Assembly (NCBI GenBank): GCA_046563655.1
Contig: CM102285.1
Location: 2,728,001-2,792,000, forward strand
Length of the DNA: 64,000 nucleotides
Origin: Yuukianura sp. NJ FZ-2021
Taxonomy: Eukaryota
Direction of reading: 5' to 3'
Shown: in pieces, positions 15,182-28,089 of the stretch
Layout: the number at the start of each line of letters is the position of its first letter
How positions within the stretch are numbered: position 1 is the stretch's first letter
The notes under the pieces: generated by a model
Told to the model about the DNA's origin: nothing
Databases searched by the model: none
Seen by the model: only the letters and a program-made list of their open reading frames with translations
Position numbers and translations under genes: made by a program

Positions 15182-16793
15182 TTATTGCGTGTAAAGGATA
15201 ACTTGAACAATGTAATCCGTTAAGACTGAGTAATAGCAAATCAGTGAATCTTTGTCCAGTTTAAAGTAGGGACCTATTTCCATTTTAAGTGGCCGACAAG
15301 CTCTGGCGTCTTTTACAGCCACAGCAGACGCAGTATAACGCATGCGCACTTTAAACTCCAAGGAGCGTTGGCTTACGTCTCCGCCATTTTTGAGACACAC
15401 ATGCATAAAGGACGAGACTACAATATTTGCCACAACCAGTACTCCCACGATCTGAGTTGGAAAATACTTGTGTAGAATTATAGCGCAGTTGAACATCGTG
15501 TGATCCACAAATAGGGAAAAGTATGCGCATGGCAGCAGTGTCCTGTATGCCGCTTGGTAGTTGGCATCCAGTACTCGCATTTCTTTGTACGCCATGATGT
15601 ATTCGCGTGATTCACAATTAACAACTTTGTCCAAATTGTGTTTCTTCTCAAACTTTTTTCTAAAGAATTTTAAAAATAAAAATCTGATTAATCTGTGATT
15701 CTACCTCTTTTATCCCCCTTAACAATAAAAACCTGAAAATTTGAAGCCAGTGTGTAATTGTGTGAGAATGAAAGACCAAGAATGTTGCAAAAATGCAATC
15801 GACGTATATACCACTTGCGGTGACATGCCATTCCAATAGAAAGTATGCAAATAAAACCGGCGGAAATTTGTAAACTGATGGTGGCAAAATATGGCATGGC
15901 CAAAACTGTGGACTCATGGGGTCAAAGAACACGTTCATAGCTGCCAAAATTGGGTAAATATACACCATGTAGTGACATATTGCTGCGAGTACATTTGCGT
16001 CGAGGGTGCTCCGGGACGCTGGAGGACGGACATATTCGCTGCGATGATGCAATACTAGAAAACAATCAAATATCAAGGCTCCTTGACAACCATTTAGTAT
16101 TCTTTAGCAGGTTGCCTAAAGCCTCAGTTCTTTAGAAAAAAAAATGAGAATAAAAAAAACAGTAAACAAAAGTACCAATTTGAAAAAATTAAGTTTGTGG
16201 TACTAATTTTCTATGCAAAATAATGTACAAATCTTTTATAATACTATGGTTACGATTGCAACTGAACTTTCTTGTGAAATCTAAAAAAGCAAAATTATTA
16301 CGCAACCCTTTAAACAAAATTAAGTCAACAAACCTTGATCAAATATATTGCAACGTTATTTAGCTTGTTTTATGCATTCTTTTTGAGATAACTGCTATAC
16401 TTTGCTAAAAATATCAGCAAAAGATAACACAAAATTACATGTAAATCGTTGATGGAAGGTGACTAGTTTATTGTAGTAAACGACCAGTTCCCTCCGATAT
16501 ATTAAAGAGTGATACTGAAAAAAGAGTGAAAGTATTCTACATATCAGAATGACTCCAACTTTTGACAGAACTGTCACTGTGATGCTTGGATCCATCATTA
16601 GATTGTAGAACAGAACAATTTGGTAAGCACTATCAACAGTGTAATAGAACAAAGCCAAACAGTAGAAAAAATAGTGACGAAATTTGCTCACACGACCAAT
16701 ATTCTCCGGTTTCCAAATGGCAGCCGAAGCCTGTATTTTAGTGCCAAACTCAATCGTTTTTTCAAAATGATAGAATGCCTTTTCGGTCAACAT
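15182..16793 (-). CDS. Chemoreceptor-like protein, subfamily II copy B, ~384 aa
   Basis: Exons 16793-16439, 16054-15733 and 15659-15182 are in frame; clear paralogue of copy A. Confidence 0.75.
16074..16337. mobile_element. MITE with CAAGG...CCTTG termini and 9-bp TSD, in intron 1 of copy B
   Basis: Imperfect TIR CAAGGCTCCTTGAC / GTCAACAAACCTTG; TSD ATCAAATAT (16065-16073, 16338-16346); second copy at 42090-42304. Confidence 0.8.
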
Positions 16794-16969
16794 TGTCACA
16801 ATGATTAATCCGAATGAATAGTTTTCTGGCTGATACACGTCTTTATTAGCACGTATCAAACTCAACTTTGAGACAAAAGTGCAACTCATTAAAGGTATCG
16901 TAAGACATGAGCATATTTTCAATTTAATCTGAGTATGATGAACATTGAAAAGGAGTGAACCTTATCAAT

Positions 16970-17110
16970 TGATTAAACAAGGCCAATTTGGTAGCAAGTA
17001 TCAACAGTGTCGTAAAACAGACTCCAGCTATAGAAGAAACTTCGGTTGGGCATATGATCAAATTTTTCCATTTTTTTTCCAAAATGTTCAAATGCCTTTT
17101 TGGAATTTTC
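16970..17110 (-). pseudogene. Degenerate exon-1 fragment of a subfamily II receptor
   Basis: Contains AAGGCATTTGAACATTTT and ACTGTTGATACTTGCTACCAAATT like copy A exon 1, but the ATG is lost and there are internal deletions. The flanking 17110-17640 parallels 14520-15070. Confidence 0.7.
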
Positions 17111-17646
17111 AAAATTGGGTCAGCAGTTTCCAAACTAAAGACAGATTTTTCCATTGTAACGCAAATTGCGTGAAGTCAACCGTGACACTGGATATGTGAA
17201 CGTTTCAATTTCATTTAGGCATGCACAATGAAAAGGAGGAGAAGTTATAAAATAATTCACATAGGTTTTGTTTTGCGGAAGCTTGAAATGGATCCTTGTA
17301 TTTTGGAAATTGGGCTTATGGGTTAGTCGAAATTTTTAGGCAACCTCGATAAATTTCTTAACCTTGTTGTAGCCCTGAATTCAAGGTCAGTCGATGAGAC
17401 AGTTTTAAACTCTGTTTCCTACAATTAATCGTCATTTGGTAAATATTTTCAAAAAACATACCCTGAAGAAACTATTTTTACGTGAGGTTGCTGAGCGTAT
17501 TCGAAATTTACAAAAATCTAAATTGTAAACTGCTTCGTACTTCTTAAAGGCCAAAGATTGTAGACACTTTTTGCTTCATAGAGTTTCATTCTCTAAGTTT
17601 CTAAGTTACAAAATCGTACAACAGTGAGAATTTGCCTAATACTTGT

Positions 17647-17880
17647 TTATTGCGTGTACAAGAGTGTCCGAACACTGCCATTTGTCAAAATAGCATAATA
17701 GCACATGAGCGAATCTTTGTCCAGTTTCGTACGGTCTTATTTCAATCTTGAGCGGTCGACAAGATCTGGAATGCTTGCGGCTGACTTGGACGTAGTGTGT
17801 CGCATGCGTGATTTGAATTCAAGGGCGCGTTGGTTAATGTCCCCACCACTTTTAAACCAGACATGGGCAAATGACGACGA
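17647..17880 (-). pseudogene. Exon-3 fragment of a subfamily II receptor
   Basis: Encodes HVWFKSGGDINQRALEFKSRMRHTT...RPLKIE...KLDKDSLMCYY...LLYTQ; the upstream exons are missing. Confidence 0.75.
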
Positions 17881-18121
17881 GTATAAACAATGAAAAGTAG
17901 GAGTTATAAAATTATAAAAGTTATAAAATAATTATTATGGCATACGATATAAGAATTTGTTTTGTAAAAGTTGTGGAATTGAAAGAACTTCATGAAATTC
18001 GTTTTTGGAAAATATATTTTTGAGTTGACACCATTTGGAGGAAGATTGCTAAAATTTGTTCAAGTTTTAATACTATTAACATACTATGGTAAACAAGAAC
18101 AAAATTCAGTCAGGGACATTA

Positions 18122-19490
18122 GGGTAGGTGGGGGTAACTGTGGTACGGGGTAACTTGTGATAGTCGGCTATAACTTTGTTATTGTAACGATTTAAGAAAA
18201 TCTAAAAATTAGCTGAGATAGCTGGGGCTAAGTGCTTCATGGTGGGTAAAGGAGGGAGATAATTAAGTCACATTTTCTTACTGAAATCAGTGACACAGCT
18301 GTTAGACCAACTTACAACTCTTCATCCAAATTCTGCTTGCAGATTTTACAATTCAGTTTGCATGGTCTAAGATACGATTTAAACAGTGACTGTTATCTCA
18401 ATCGACATCATCATTGTGGTTAGTGTTGCAATATGATTAGTTTTCAATTTTAGGTAGTTTCGTTAATTAGTTAAACTGATTACCACAATTTCCCCACAAA
18501 TTCACGAAAGTGGGGGCAACTGTGGTTTTAACTAAAGAATAGGAGACTGACGCATAATATATTTTAGATGGTGCGAAAATACGTTCGCAAGACGGACAAA
18601 CGTCAATGGGACAGTGTGCTCATACGCAAAGCGGAAATGCGGAAATGCTAAAAACGATTACTCGGTTTTCAGAAAAAAGAATTCCAGAAATGCGGGGTTT
18701 ATAATTCCAACCTGGAATTTCCAGTCAATCGGGCTACAATTGATGAATCAAACTTTGATCCTACAAAACTTGAGCGTTACAAACGAACTGAACTGAACGA
18801 CACTGAAATTCCCGAGTTGGTCACAACACCGATTGTAGCTGTCGCTACAAATTCTGTTATTCCTCCCGAAAACATTTTTTCGGATTTAGCAAAGATTCTT
18901 CTGAAAACTGTTTCTCCTCAAATCGCTAACGTCACCACTGTGAAAAAAAAACGAATTGATAATGATAACGCAGAGATCATCGCAAAGGAGTCATACCTCA
19001 AGAAAGTAGAGGAAGAAAAACTGATCACAAAATCTAAGAAGATTTCTACTCCAAAAGTGACAAAAGCTAGAGCTTCAAAAGAAAAACCACCACGTGAAAA
19101 ACAATCGATCAAAAAATGGGATAAGCGATGTCGTTTCTAAATTTAACTGATTTGTCTATAGCTCACATGCCTCTGTCACTTAATCGTCGACTTTGGATCA
19201 ATTAAATTTCTTATCCGTAACCAAAATACTACCTACCACAGTTTCCCGCAGACCTACCACAATTACCCCATTTTTGCGGGTAACTGTGATAGGTGATTTT
19301 GAAATTTTGAAAATTATTTAAAAATACTTAAGCATTGAAATTTTTAAAACGTAGGTGGTGGTATTAACTTAGAACAGTATGTGCTAGGCAAGCGTGGTCT
19401 TTAGTTAATTTGTAGTGCTACAAGTTGCGACATTTAAGACGCAAAAGTCGAAAACGTGAAACAAACTACCACAGTTACCCCCACCTACCC
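18122..19490 (+). mobile_element. Internally deleted pogo/Tigger-like (Tc1-mariner superfamily) DNA transposon
   Basis: Perfect 24-bp TIR GGGTAGGTGGGGGTAACTGTGGTA, TA on both flanks, repeated subterminal GGGTAACTGTG motifs. ATG 18568 begins MVRKYVRKTDKRQWD (pogo-type transposase N-terminus), followed by broken frames and a Lys-rich tail ORF. Confidence 0.82.
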
Positions 19491-19722
19491 TACAACAAAC
19501 CTTGTTCTAGTAATATTACAATTTTTTTTAGATTTTGCAATTTTATTTTCCAGATTCACTGAATTTGTTTAACGAACGCCAACAAAAAAATTTAATGCAA
19601 GTAAGGGAGTGGTTGAACATCACAAGTTTGTTAAGACTTATTGTGAGTTAAATTGTAACCCGAACTCTACTCCAGTGCATGAAATATTTTACCTACACCA
19701 AACCTAAAACAACACTACCAAA

Positions 19723-22043
19723 CTACTGGGTGTACAGGAGCACATTAACGATACAATTAGTTAAAACTGCATAGTAGCAAATGAGCGAATCCTTGTCAAG
19801 CTTTGCGTAAGGCCCAATTTCTATTTTCAGAGGCCTACAACCCTTTGCCTCCCTTACAGCCAAAATTGACGTCGTGTAGCGCATATGCGTTTTAAATTGA
19901 AGCGCACTTTGGCTAACGTCTCCCCCACTCTTGAAACAGACATGCACAAATGCGGATACAGCAAAGTTTGACATTAGAGAAATTGCAATTGTACGTTTGA
20001 ACGCAGAACGCGCGTTTACAGCTGACCACTTTCTTTCTGCGTTAGCTGGCAAAGTTCACGTAGGGATTCTAAGTTGAAATCGCACGTTTGAACTTAGAAT
20101 TTTTAAACGTACAAATTCCAAGAATGGAACTTTAAAAATGGAATAGAAAAACCACCATAAGCAAGTATATCCGGTACAAGCATGCTGAAAACTTTTTACC
20201 GCTTACATAAACAGGCTTATTCAACAAACTTTCAACCCCATGACCGTTAGGTCACAAAACGTTTGGAGTCAAAGGTCACACATTGACCTGGCGTAACCCT
20301 ATCTATGCCACTGATATACTCACCGGAAATGGTTTGACCTCTTGAGTCATACAATGTTTATATGCTGCGACTTTTGACCTTCAATTCAAAAATTAGCGCA
20401 AGTCACGCGATGACCTAGCAGTTGACCCCCGAGTGACTTTTGAACTAAAAATCAGAAATTGCAACATTTCATGAATGAGAGTATCACGCCCTTTCCAACG
20501 ATATTTTTCTTGCATAAATTCACCACATAAGACAATGTGGTGACCCTTGACCCCAGGTTCTCATGTTGTGCGGAATAAAAATTTGGTAGAGCTACTGTAG
20601 TAAATCATATATACTGTAGTACTGCAAATAAATCATAGTTATAGCCCATATAAATGAACTGATATATATATCAGTTCATTTATATAGATATTTTATAATA
20701 TAGTATAAGGTTATATTACATTAGTATATTAATTATAAGTTATATTTATCAATTACGTCATAAATATAACTTATTATAATTAATATAATAACAATTTATT
20801 TCAATATAATTGGAAATCCAACATCTAAAACTGAACGTAGGTTCAAACGCGCAATGGATGATTTGTACGTTCAAACTCTTCCAAACTTATAAGTTTACGT
20901 ACGGAGAAAGTCCTCCGCACTAGCGCCCCCTAACCCGTAAAGCTCGCGTAACTCAAAACTCCTACGTGAACGCATAAGTTTACGTACGATTGCAATCTAC
21001 CTATTGCCAATGGCACTAGGATCTGAGTCGGAAAATATCGATGTAGAATTATTGTGCAACTGAACATTGTATGATAAAACATTAGGATAAATAATGCAGA
21101 AGGCATCAGCGTTCTATATGCAACTTGGTAACTGACATCTAAGAGTTGTAGTGCTTTGTAGCCCATGATGCTTTTACGTGACTCGCAATTCGAAACTTTT
21201 CCCCAGATTTCTTCAGGCACAAAATTCTCTCTAAAGTAATAAAAAATTCAAAAATTTCAACATTTTGGATTTCCTTTTTACATTTTTTTTCTAATATGTT
21301 TTGGAACCTTAAAATTTTGAGCCAGTACTTGACTGTATGAAAATGCATGACCAAAAACATTCCAAAAATACATCCAGCAAACACTCCGCTTGCAGAGACA
21401 TGCCACTCTACGATAAAGTATGCAAACCAAATTGGCGGGAACTTGTAAACAGATGTAGGGAGAACTTCAGATGGCCAATACTGTGGACTCATCGGTTCAA
21501 AAAATACGTTCAGAGCTGGAAAAATCGGGAACAGCATCACCGTGTAGTGACAAAGAATAGCAATTGTATTGGCCGTGAGGTGGTACCACGACTCTTTTGG
21601 CCGCTGATCGTCTCCACGATGATGCAGTGCTAAAAATAATCTCAATTCAGTTTTCGTATTGGAAACACATAGGTAGAAGAAAATTTACTTGTGAAATGTT
21701 GATGAAGTTTGACCAACTCCTTGTAGTACATCACAAGTTCTCGCCGATACAAGATACAATGGTACAGAAACAACAGTGCTATTGTTCGACACACCAGAAT
21801 CACTCCAATTTTTGATACAACGGTCATACTAATGTTGGGATCCCTCAGCAGACCATGGAACATAACTATTTGGTAGGAAGCATCCACTGAATAATACAGT
21901 ACATGCAAGATGAACAAAAAATAGTGACGAAATTTCTTGGTACGATCCGCTGCCTCTGGTTTCAAAATCACTAGCGAAATTTTAACTTTGGTACCAAACT
22001 CAATTGTTTTTCTAAAATGTTCAAAAGCCTTTTGGGTCAGCAT
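19723..22043 (-). pseudogene. Subfamily II receptor copy C, exon 3 interrupted by a 1027-bp transposon
   Basis: Exons 22043-21689, 21629-21308 and 21230-21003 + 19972-19723. Removing the insert and one TSD restores a 478-nt exon 3, the same length as in copies B and D. Confidence 0.78.
19976..21002. mobile_element. Non-autonomous TIR element with 3-bp TSD (PIF/Harbinger-like)
   Basis: Imperfect TIR AGAGAAATTGCAATTGTACGT / ACGTACGATTGCAATCTACCT; ATT on both sides (19973-19975, 21003-21005); absent from the paralogous exons. Confidence 0.72.
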
Positions 22044-22350
22044 TGTCAACACTTTGGAGCCTTGATAAAATCGTTTTTGACTAAAAATTCTGCCTTCTTT
22101 CCTGTACGAAGTCAACTTCACATTAATTGTTTACGTCTCAGTAATTAGTTTGTTGCGTACCATGTGTTCAATTTCATTCGAGAGTGGCAATGAAAAGGAG
22201 TGGAAACTCATCAAAAAATTACAATTTTGGAAGGTGTTCTTTATTTCCTTTCGTCAACTTGAGAATTTCGAAGAGTTACAAAAGTTTTCGGAAATTAGGT
22301 TTTCGGTTTGGTAGAATTTTGGCTAATTAATTTTGTAGTGTTTTGATATA

Positions 22351-22560
22351 CAGTGAGAGGCACGAAAACCTGCACACCCCAAATTTGTTTCCCTGGTAAC
22401 AATGAAAATTGTGGAGGCGAAAACGTACCTTTTTGTTAAAACGCTAAAATGTGACTCAAAACTCTCATTGTGGGTTTTTTCGTGAACCGATTTTCCCCCC
22501 ATAATTTAGCAAAATAAACAAAAAGCTACTTTTGAGGTGTGCAGGTTTTCGTGCCTCTCA

Positions 22561-22563
<3 letters not shown>
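22351..22563. mobile_element. Tc1/mariner-like MITE
   Basis: Perfect 28-bp TIR CAGTGAGAGGCACGAAAACCTGCACACC, TA-flanked, 213 bp. Confidence 0.88.
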
Positions 22564-22602
<39 letters not shown>

Positions 22603-22603
22603 T
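22564..22603. repeat. (TA)n microsatellite followed by a T run
   Basis: Directly visible. Confidence 0.9.
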
Positions 22604-23049
22604 GGAGAGTAATTGACATTAGCATTTAGCTTTATCAACAAGGGTTAGGGAATTTCTGGGTTGGGTTGAGGTCCTATGAGGTGGGGCGGTGGTACAGTCA
22701 GATAGTTGGTGAGAAGTTCTGAGGGAAGGACGAAAGGCTTTCTGCTAGAGCTGAACGGGCTAGGGCCCTACCACATATCACAGCTCCAGGCAAGTGACAG
22801 GAACAGCATCGTACGCATACCGGCCCACGACCCCCCTCCACAACAGCAACTACTGACCTCTTCACACGCACCCATAACCCCCAAACTGACCTATCATCCG
22901 AACACCCCATCTGGGCTAGGAAAGTGGAAAAACCATTTCTGGAAAACGACTTTCGTGTCGGCGACGCCGGGACTCGAACCCGCGCCCGTCCAAGGTGTTA
23001 GTAGGATAGAGCCGAAGCTCTAGTCCCCCCGGCCTACGGGCCTTGGACT
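22604..23049 (-). mobile_element. tRNA-derived SINE-like insertion
   Basis: The minus strand has a pol III B-box/T-arm GCGGGTTCGAGTCCCGGCG near its 5' end and a GC-rich body. GTGTTTTGATAT is duplicated at 22338-22349 and 23050-23061. Confidence 0.65.
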
Positions 23050-23400
23050 GTGTTTTGATATTTTGGAGGTCAATTACTCAAGGTCAGTTGATGAAGAATA
23101 GGAGCTTGAAGCGTTATTTCTTTTTACATTCAAAGTTCTACATTCCTAGAACCGTCTAACGCAAACATCACAATACCCGAAGCCGCTTTGAAGTTAGCAA
23201 TTTTTTTGTTTGCTATACTTGTTTTCGAGGTTTTCGTTTTCTTGTTTTGCTATACTTATACGACTTGTCTTTGAAAGTAATTGAGAACGATGAAACTGCA
23301 GTATTTTATGTAAGCTTTTTCAAATTTATTTAAATTTTTGCTCAGAATTCACCAAATTTGATGCCTACAAACAATGAAGACATACCAAGTAGAGGTATAG

Positions 23401-24759
23401 TTATTGAGTGTAAAGGAGTACTTGGACAATGTAATTCGTTAAGAGAGCGAAATAGCAAATGAGTGAGTCCTTATCGAGTTTCATAAAGGGCCCAATTTCC
23501 ACCTTGAGCGGCCGACAAGCTGCCGCGTCCATTAAAGCCAAAACAGACGTGCTACAGCGCATGCGCGCTTTAAACTCTAATGCGTTTTGGCTAACGTCTC
23601 CACCGCTTTTGAGCCACACATGCACGCCTGATGAGAGTACAATATTTCCTATAACGCCTATCACAACGATCTGAGTAGGCAAATATTTATGCAGAATTAT
23701 CATGCAGTTTGTCATTGTGTGATCGAAAATTAATGCAAAGTATGCGCATGGCGTTGCAGTCCTGTATGCTTTTTGGTAGATTGCATCTAGTAGTCGCAGT
23801 TCTTTGTACGCCATGATGTACTCGCGTGGCTCACAATTAAGAACTTCATGCAGATGAAGTTTTTTCTTAAACTTGTTCCTAGAGAATTTTAAAAATCGTA
23901 ATTATTCTCAATGATTTCTGCATTGTCTATTTTTTGATTAATAAAACCTCAAAATTGTGAGCAACTCTTTTAATGCTTGAGGATGCATGATCAAGAAAGA
24001 TCCAAAAACGATACCAGCGTATATACCACTTGCAGTTACATGCCATTCCACTAGAAAGTAAGCAAACAATACTGGCGGGAATTTGTAAACTGATGTTGGC
24101 AAAATATGGGATGGCCAAAACTGTGGACTCATGGGATCAAGAAACACATTCATTGCTGGCAAGATTGGAAAAATTAGCACGTGGTAGTGACCTATTGCTG
24201 CAAGTAAGTTTATGTCGAGGTAGTATCGCGACTTTCCTGTTGGAATATACTCACTGCAATAGTGCAACCCTAAAAAAAACAAATATATTATATGACCACG
24301 ATGTTAAGCTTGTTTTGCATTTTACTTTTATGACAATTGACCAGCCTGGTTGGCCCTAGTTTGCTAAATTTATAAGTGAAAAATATAAAGTTGATCTCGA
24401 TTACTTGTAAACCGTTGATGTAGGTTGACTAGTTTGTTGTAGTAGATGACCATTTCCCGTCGATATATAAACGAATGATATTGGAAAACGAGTGAAACCG
24501 TTCGAAATACCATAATGACTCCAACCTTTGCTAAAACTGTGACGGTAACGGTAGGATCCATTGCTAGACTGTGGAACAGAACAATTTGGCAGATAGTGTC
24601 AACAGTATAGTAGAACAGACCCAAAAAGTAGAAGACATAATAATAAATTCTGCTAATGCGATTCATTTCTTCCGGTTTCCAAATGGCTCCCGAAAGTTTA
24701 AGTTTAGTACCGAATTCAATAATTTTTTCAAAATGATAAAACACCTTTTCCGTCAACAT
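23401..24759 (-). CDS. Chemoreceptor-like protein, subfamily II copy D, ~384 aa
   Basis: Exons 24759-24405, 24269-23948 and 23878-23401 are in frame, with the same exon lengths as copy B (355/322/478). Confidence 0.75.
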
Positions 24760-25200
24760 TCTCAAAATATTGAAACCGAATGAAGGGTTTTAGTTGAGCT
24801 GATACACGTTTTTATTAGCTTGTGTCAAACTCAACCTTGCCACAAAAGTGGTTTCCTTGAAGTTGTGGTAAGACGTGGGAATGTTTTCAGTTTAATTTGA
24901 GTATGAGCAATCAAAAGGAGGGGAACTGATAAAATACTTAAAATAAGCCGACGTTTGTTTCCGCCAGGCGCTTGTAGAGTTGAAGAGTTTTCAAAGTTTT
25001 TGTGATGTATTGTGTATGCCTTTAGGTTAGCACAACTTTGCATTGAAATGTTGAACATTGTTTTCTCTAACCTAACACTTCAAGGCCTTATGATAAGAAA
25101 TTATGTAAATTTGCAATATCACCTTAACTAGCACCCATTCAATATTTACAATTTGGAGTTACTATTTGACATATCAACGGGTAGCAGACATGTTTTTGAT

Positions 25201-26038
25201 TTAGCGGGCACAAATGGAGTTTGTATCGATTTGTGACCGGCATGAAAGGTCGACAAAAAGTTTTGGATCAAAACCGAGCTGCTTAAGATGATCATGAATT
25301 TGCTCTTTGTGTGCAGGGGAAAGCGAATCTGGAGTTGGACCCCACACGGTGAAAGATGATTCGTTGTCTTCCCAGCACGTAACACCGACTAGAAAGTTTT
25401 TGTTGTCTGTCAACGTAAAGGTCAATTTGCCACACAGCGCTATTTGGGACAACACAAAAATTCATTGTCAGATTTCTTGAACACACAAAAATAACTCTAA
25501 ATAAAATTTTTTTAAAGGCACTTACCATATTTACTGCGTGCCTTGAAGTGGATGACTAAATTTTCTTCGATGGTTACGTCGTACTTCATTGGCTTCAAAG
25601 CTCCAAAACCGATGCAGTTGAAATCCAGCAGATCACAAGTCGGGCAGGAGTAGTTGGCAAGCGAGTGTGGAAGATCACAAATTTTTGTGTCTAAAATGTC
25701 ACTGGCAAATCGGTACAGTTCCAGTTGATCGACAAGTAGGTAGTACCATGTCTTAACTGTTCCATTGGTAACCTAAGTTATGTAAAAATGTGTTGGTACA
25801 TTGTGAACTCTTTTTAGTTGTTAAAAGTTTGAAGTTCATGAATTTCTTTGCTCAGTGTTTCAAATAAAATTTAATTAATTAAAAAATAACACAATACCCA
25901 TTCAAAATCCAGTCCGGGATAAGATTGAACAGCGAAACAGCGTCCTTCTTTTGTCGAGTCTTCATTAAGTGCTGGAACGGGAGAAATCCCAAGAAGTGCA
26001 GTCGTGAAGATGTATACAATCGGCTTCATTTTGAGCAT
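25201..26038 (-). CDS. Secreted lipocalin-like protein copy 1, ~208 aa, 3 exons
   Basis: Exons 26038-25898, 25772-25526 and 25439-25201. Signal peptide MKPIVYIFTTALLGISPVPA; C..V.....LDFEW...GT..TWY (SCR1-like); LTDNKNFLVGVTC (SCR2-like); C-terminal helix EQIHDHLKQLGFD as in ApoD-type lipocalins. Confidence 0.62.
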
Positions 26039-26697
26039 TTGAAGTTATTTTTAAAGAGTTGAGGAGCTTTGGAGGTAAGAAGGGAAAAATTGAAAAAAAA
26101 ATCAAACCACGCACACATATTTTCAATAAACGCAATAATGCCTGGGGGTTTTAAAGCTATAAACTGACCTTCGTCTATGTACGATAAACATTGCTCGGTC
26201 AAAATCCTATTTATACAGTTTCGCTGGTCTCAAGGTTTCAAGACAAAAAAAAGTGTTCCTTTGAGCAGCGAAACATATTTACAATTTTACGATGGGATTC
26301 ATGTGACGATTCATGTCCATTTTTTGTGCAGCTGAATTATGGTCAAGGCTTCTAGACAACTAAAAGCTAAACATATTGCTCTAATTTGTAACAACCTGCG
26401 ACGATCCCAAATTTTAAATATAATTCCAATGTGTATTGTAGTGTAAGAAATTGAGACTTAGTACTTATTTCATTTTTCATTATATCCATTTTTATCGTAT
26501 ATTTCTTGCTTATTTTTTTATGACTTATTTGGCTTTTTTTATTACACAACGACGCAAAAAACCTTACAGTAGAGCTCAAAGTTGACTGAAAAAAATTCCT
26601 GGGTTTCCCAACGTATTACTAGGACATAGTAGTAAATACTTATTTAAATTTATTAATTGATTTACATTTATAGGCTTATACAGTGTTTATTTATTTC

Positions 26698-28089
26698 CTA
26701 GCGTGAACCTTGACTTAGCATACACACGAACGATATTGTGCAACTTATAATGTTCTGATTGATGTTTATAACCATTCCTTTATCTACATAGTTCAATGGC
26801 CCACATCTAATACAACACGGTCTCAAAGACTTGATGAATACAGCATATTCTTTGTTTTTATTTGCTTCTACTATTTGAAATTTGGCAATACTGGAACTTG
26901 AATTAGTGAAAATTGACGCAGCAAATGCAACGAAAATGTTAAGGCTAACGATTAATATTGTCGCCACGCCAAAGAAACTAAATAATTCCAGTGAAAAGCC
27001 CAACCCAAAGATTCTTGTATAACACACCACAATACACATCCCAAAAAATACTATTACAGAGACAAAAGGCAATGCCATAAGTTCACTAAATACTTCTGAC
27101 ATAATGTAAACTGTTTTATAAAAATTTGGGTTCAAAACTGCTAAGCTTTGTTTTGGGGAATTTCTTAACGAAGGCGTATGTAACCACTGGAGCAGAACAC
27201 TCATGCTTATGATAACTATCAGTTTATATTGTTCGTACTTGTAAAAAATGAAGTAGACATGTATCCACACAACAATCGTACCTGTGGTAGCAGCAGATAT
27301 TACTATAAACAGTTCTATGTTGTTGTCCAATGTAGGAAAAGTGGAACCTAGTACATATGAACACAGTCTCATCGTATCTGCAAAACAAGCCACGGGAACA
27401 ATACCGATGGAAAACGCAAAGTACTTTTCAAATATGGACATAACGTTCAGAGCTTGGAAGTTCAGTTGTGTTCCGTCGATATAGAAATTCGACCCTGTCA
27501 AGAAATGAAATCATACAGTCCATTTTGTTTTTGAAAATTTGTATAATACTAAACTGTTTAACTTTATTTGCTTAACTTAACTAATTTAACCTTTGTTTAA
27601 ATGTATAACTTTTTGAGTACTCCATCAATTTACAGCGCCTAACCTACCTTGTTCCGACGTCAATATGTACATTAGCATGTTCATATGTTGTTGCCAGAGC
27701 TTCTTTTCCCAAATCTGTTGAACATCAAGAACGACGTTGTGGCATATTATTAAACTAGCCGCCAATAGTAGCATTGTCAGAACTGTATTAAGTTTTCCAG
27801 TGTAGTTGCAGTAAGCACATCCAGCACATATTAAAACAGTGATACAGTCCAGTGCAAATATGCGAAAGGAATTTCTGACATATTTCTCGGATTCATCCAC
27901 GACAAACATTTTTTTGCGAGAACTCCAATACAGTGGATTCTGGTACCGGTCATGTGCTTTGCCAATGTAATGTAGCAACATATCAACGACTTCACGATTA
28001 TGGTTAAGTTTAGCAGGCCTAACCTTGTGACGAGTTATTTTGTTTCTCTTAAGTTGCAACATGATGCTTTTTTCTAATACTTTGATCAT
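26698..28089 (-). CDS. Chemoreceptor-like multi-pass membrane protein, subfamily III copy E, ~412 aa, 2 exons
   Basis: Exons 28089-27648 and 27494-26698 (phase 1). Many TM segments; ends KSLRPCCIRCGPLNYVDKGMVININQNIISCTISFVCML. Confidence 0.68.

Noticed and set aside
22950-23049. Possible functional tRNA gene
   Set aside because: A B-box is present but no convincing cloverleaf; it is embedded in a TSD-flanked insertion, so it is treated as a SINE head.
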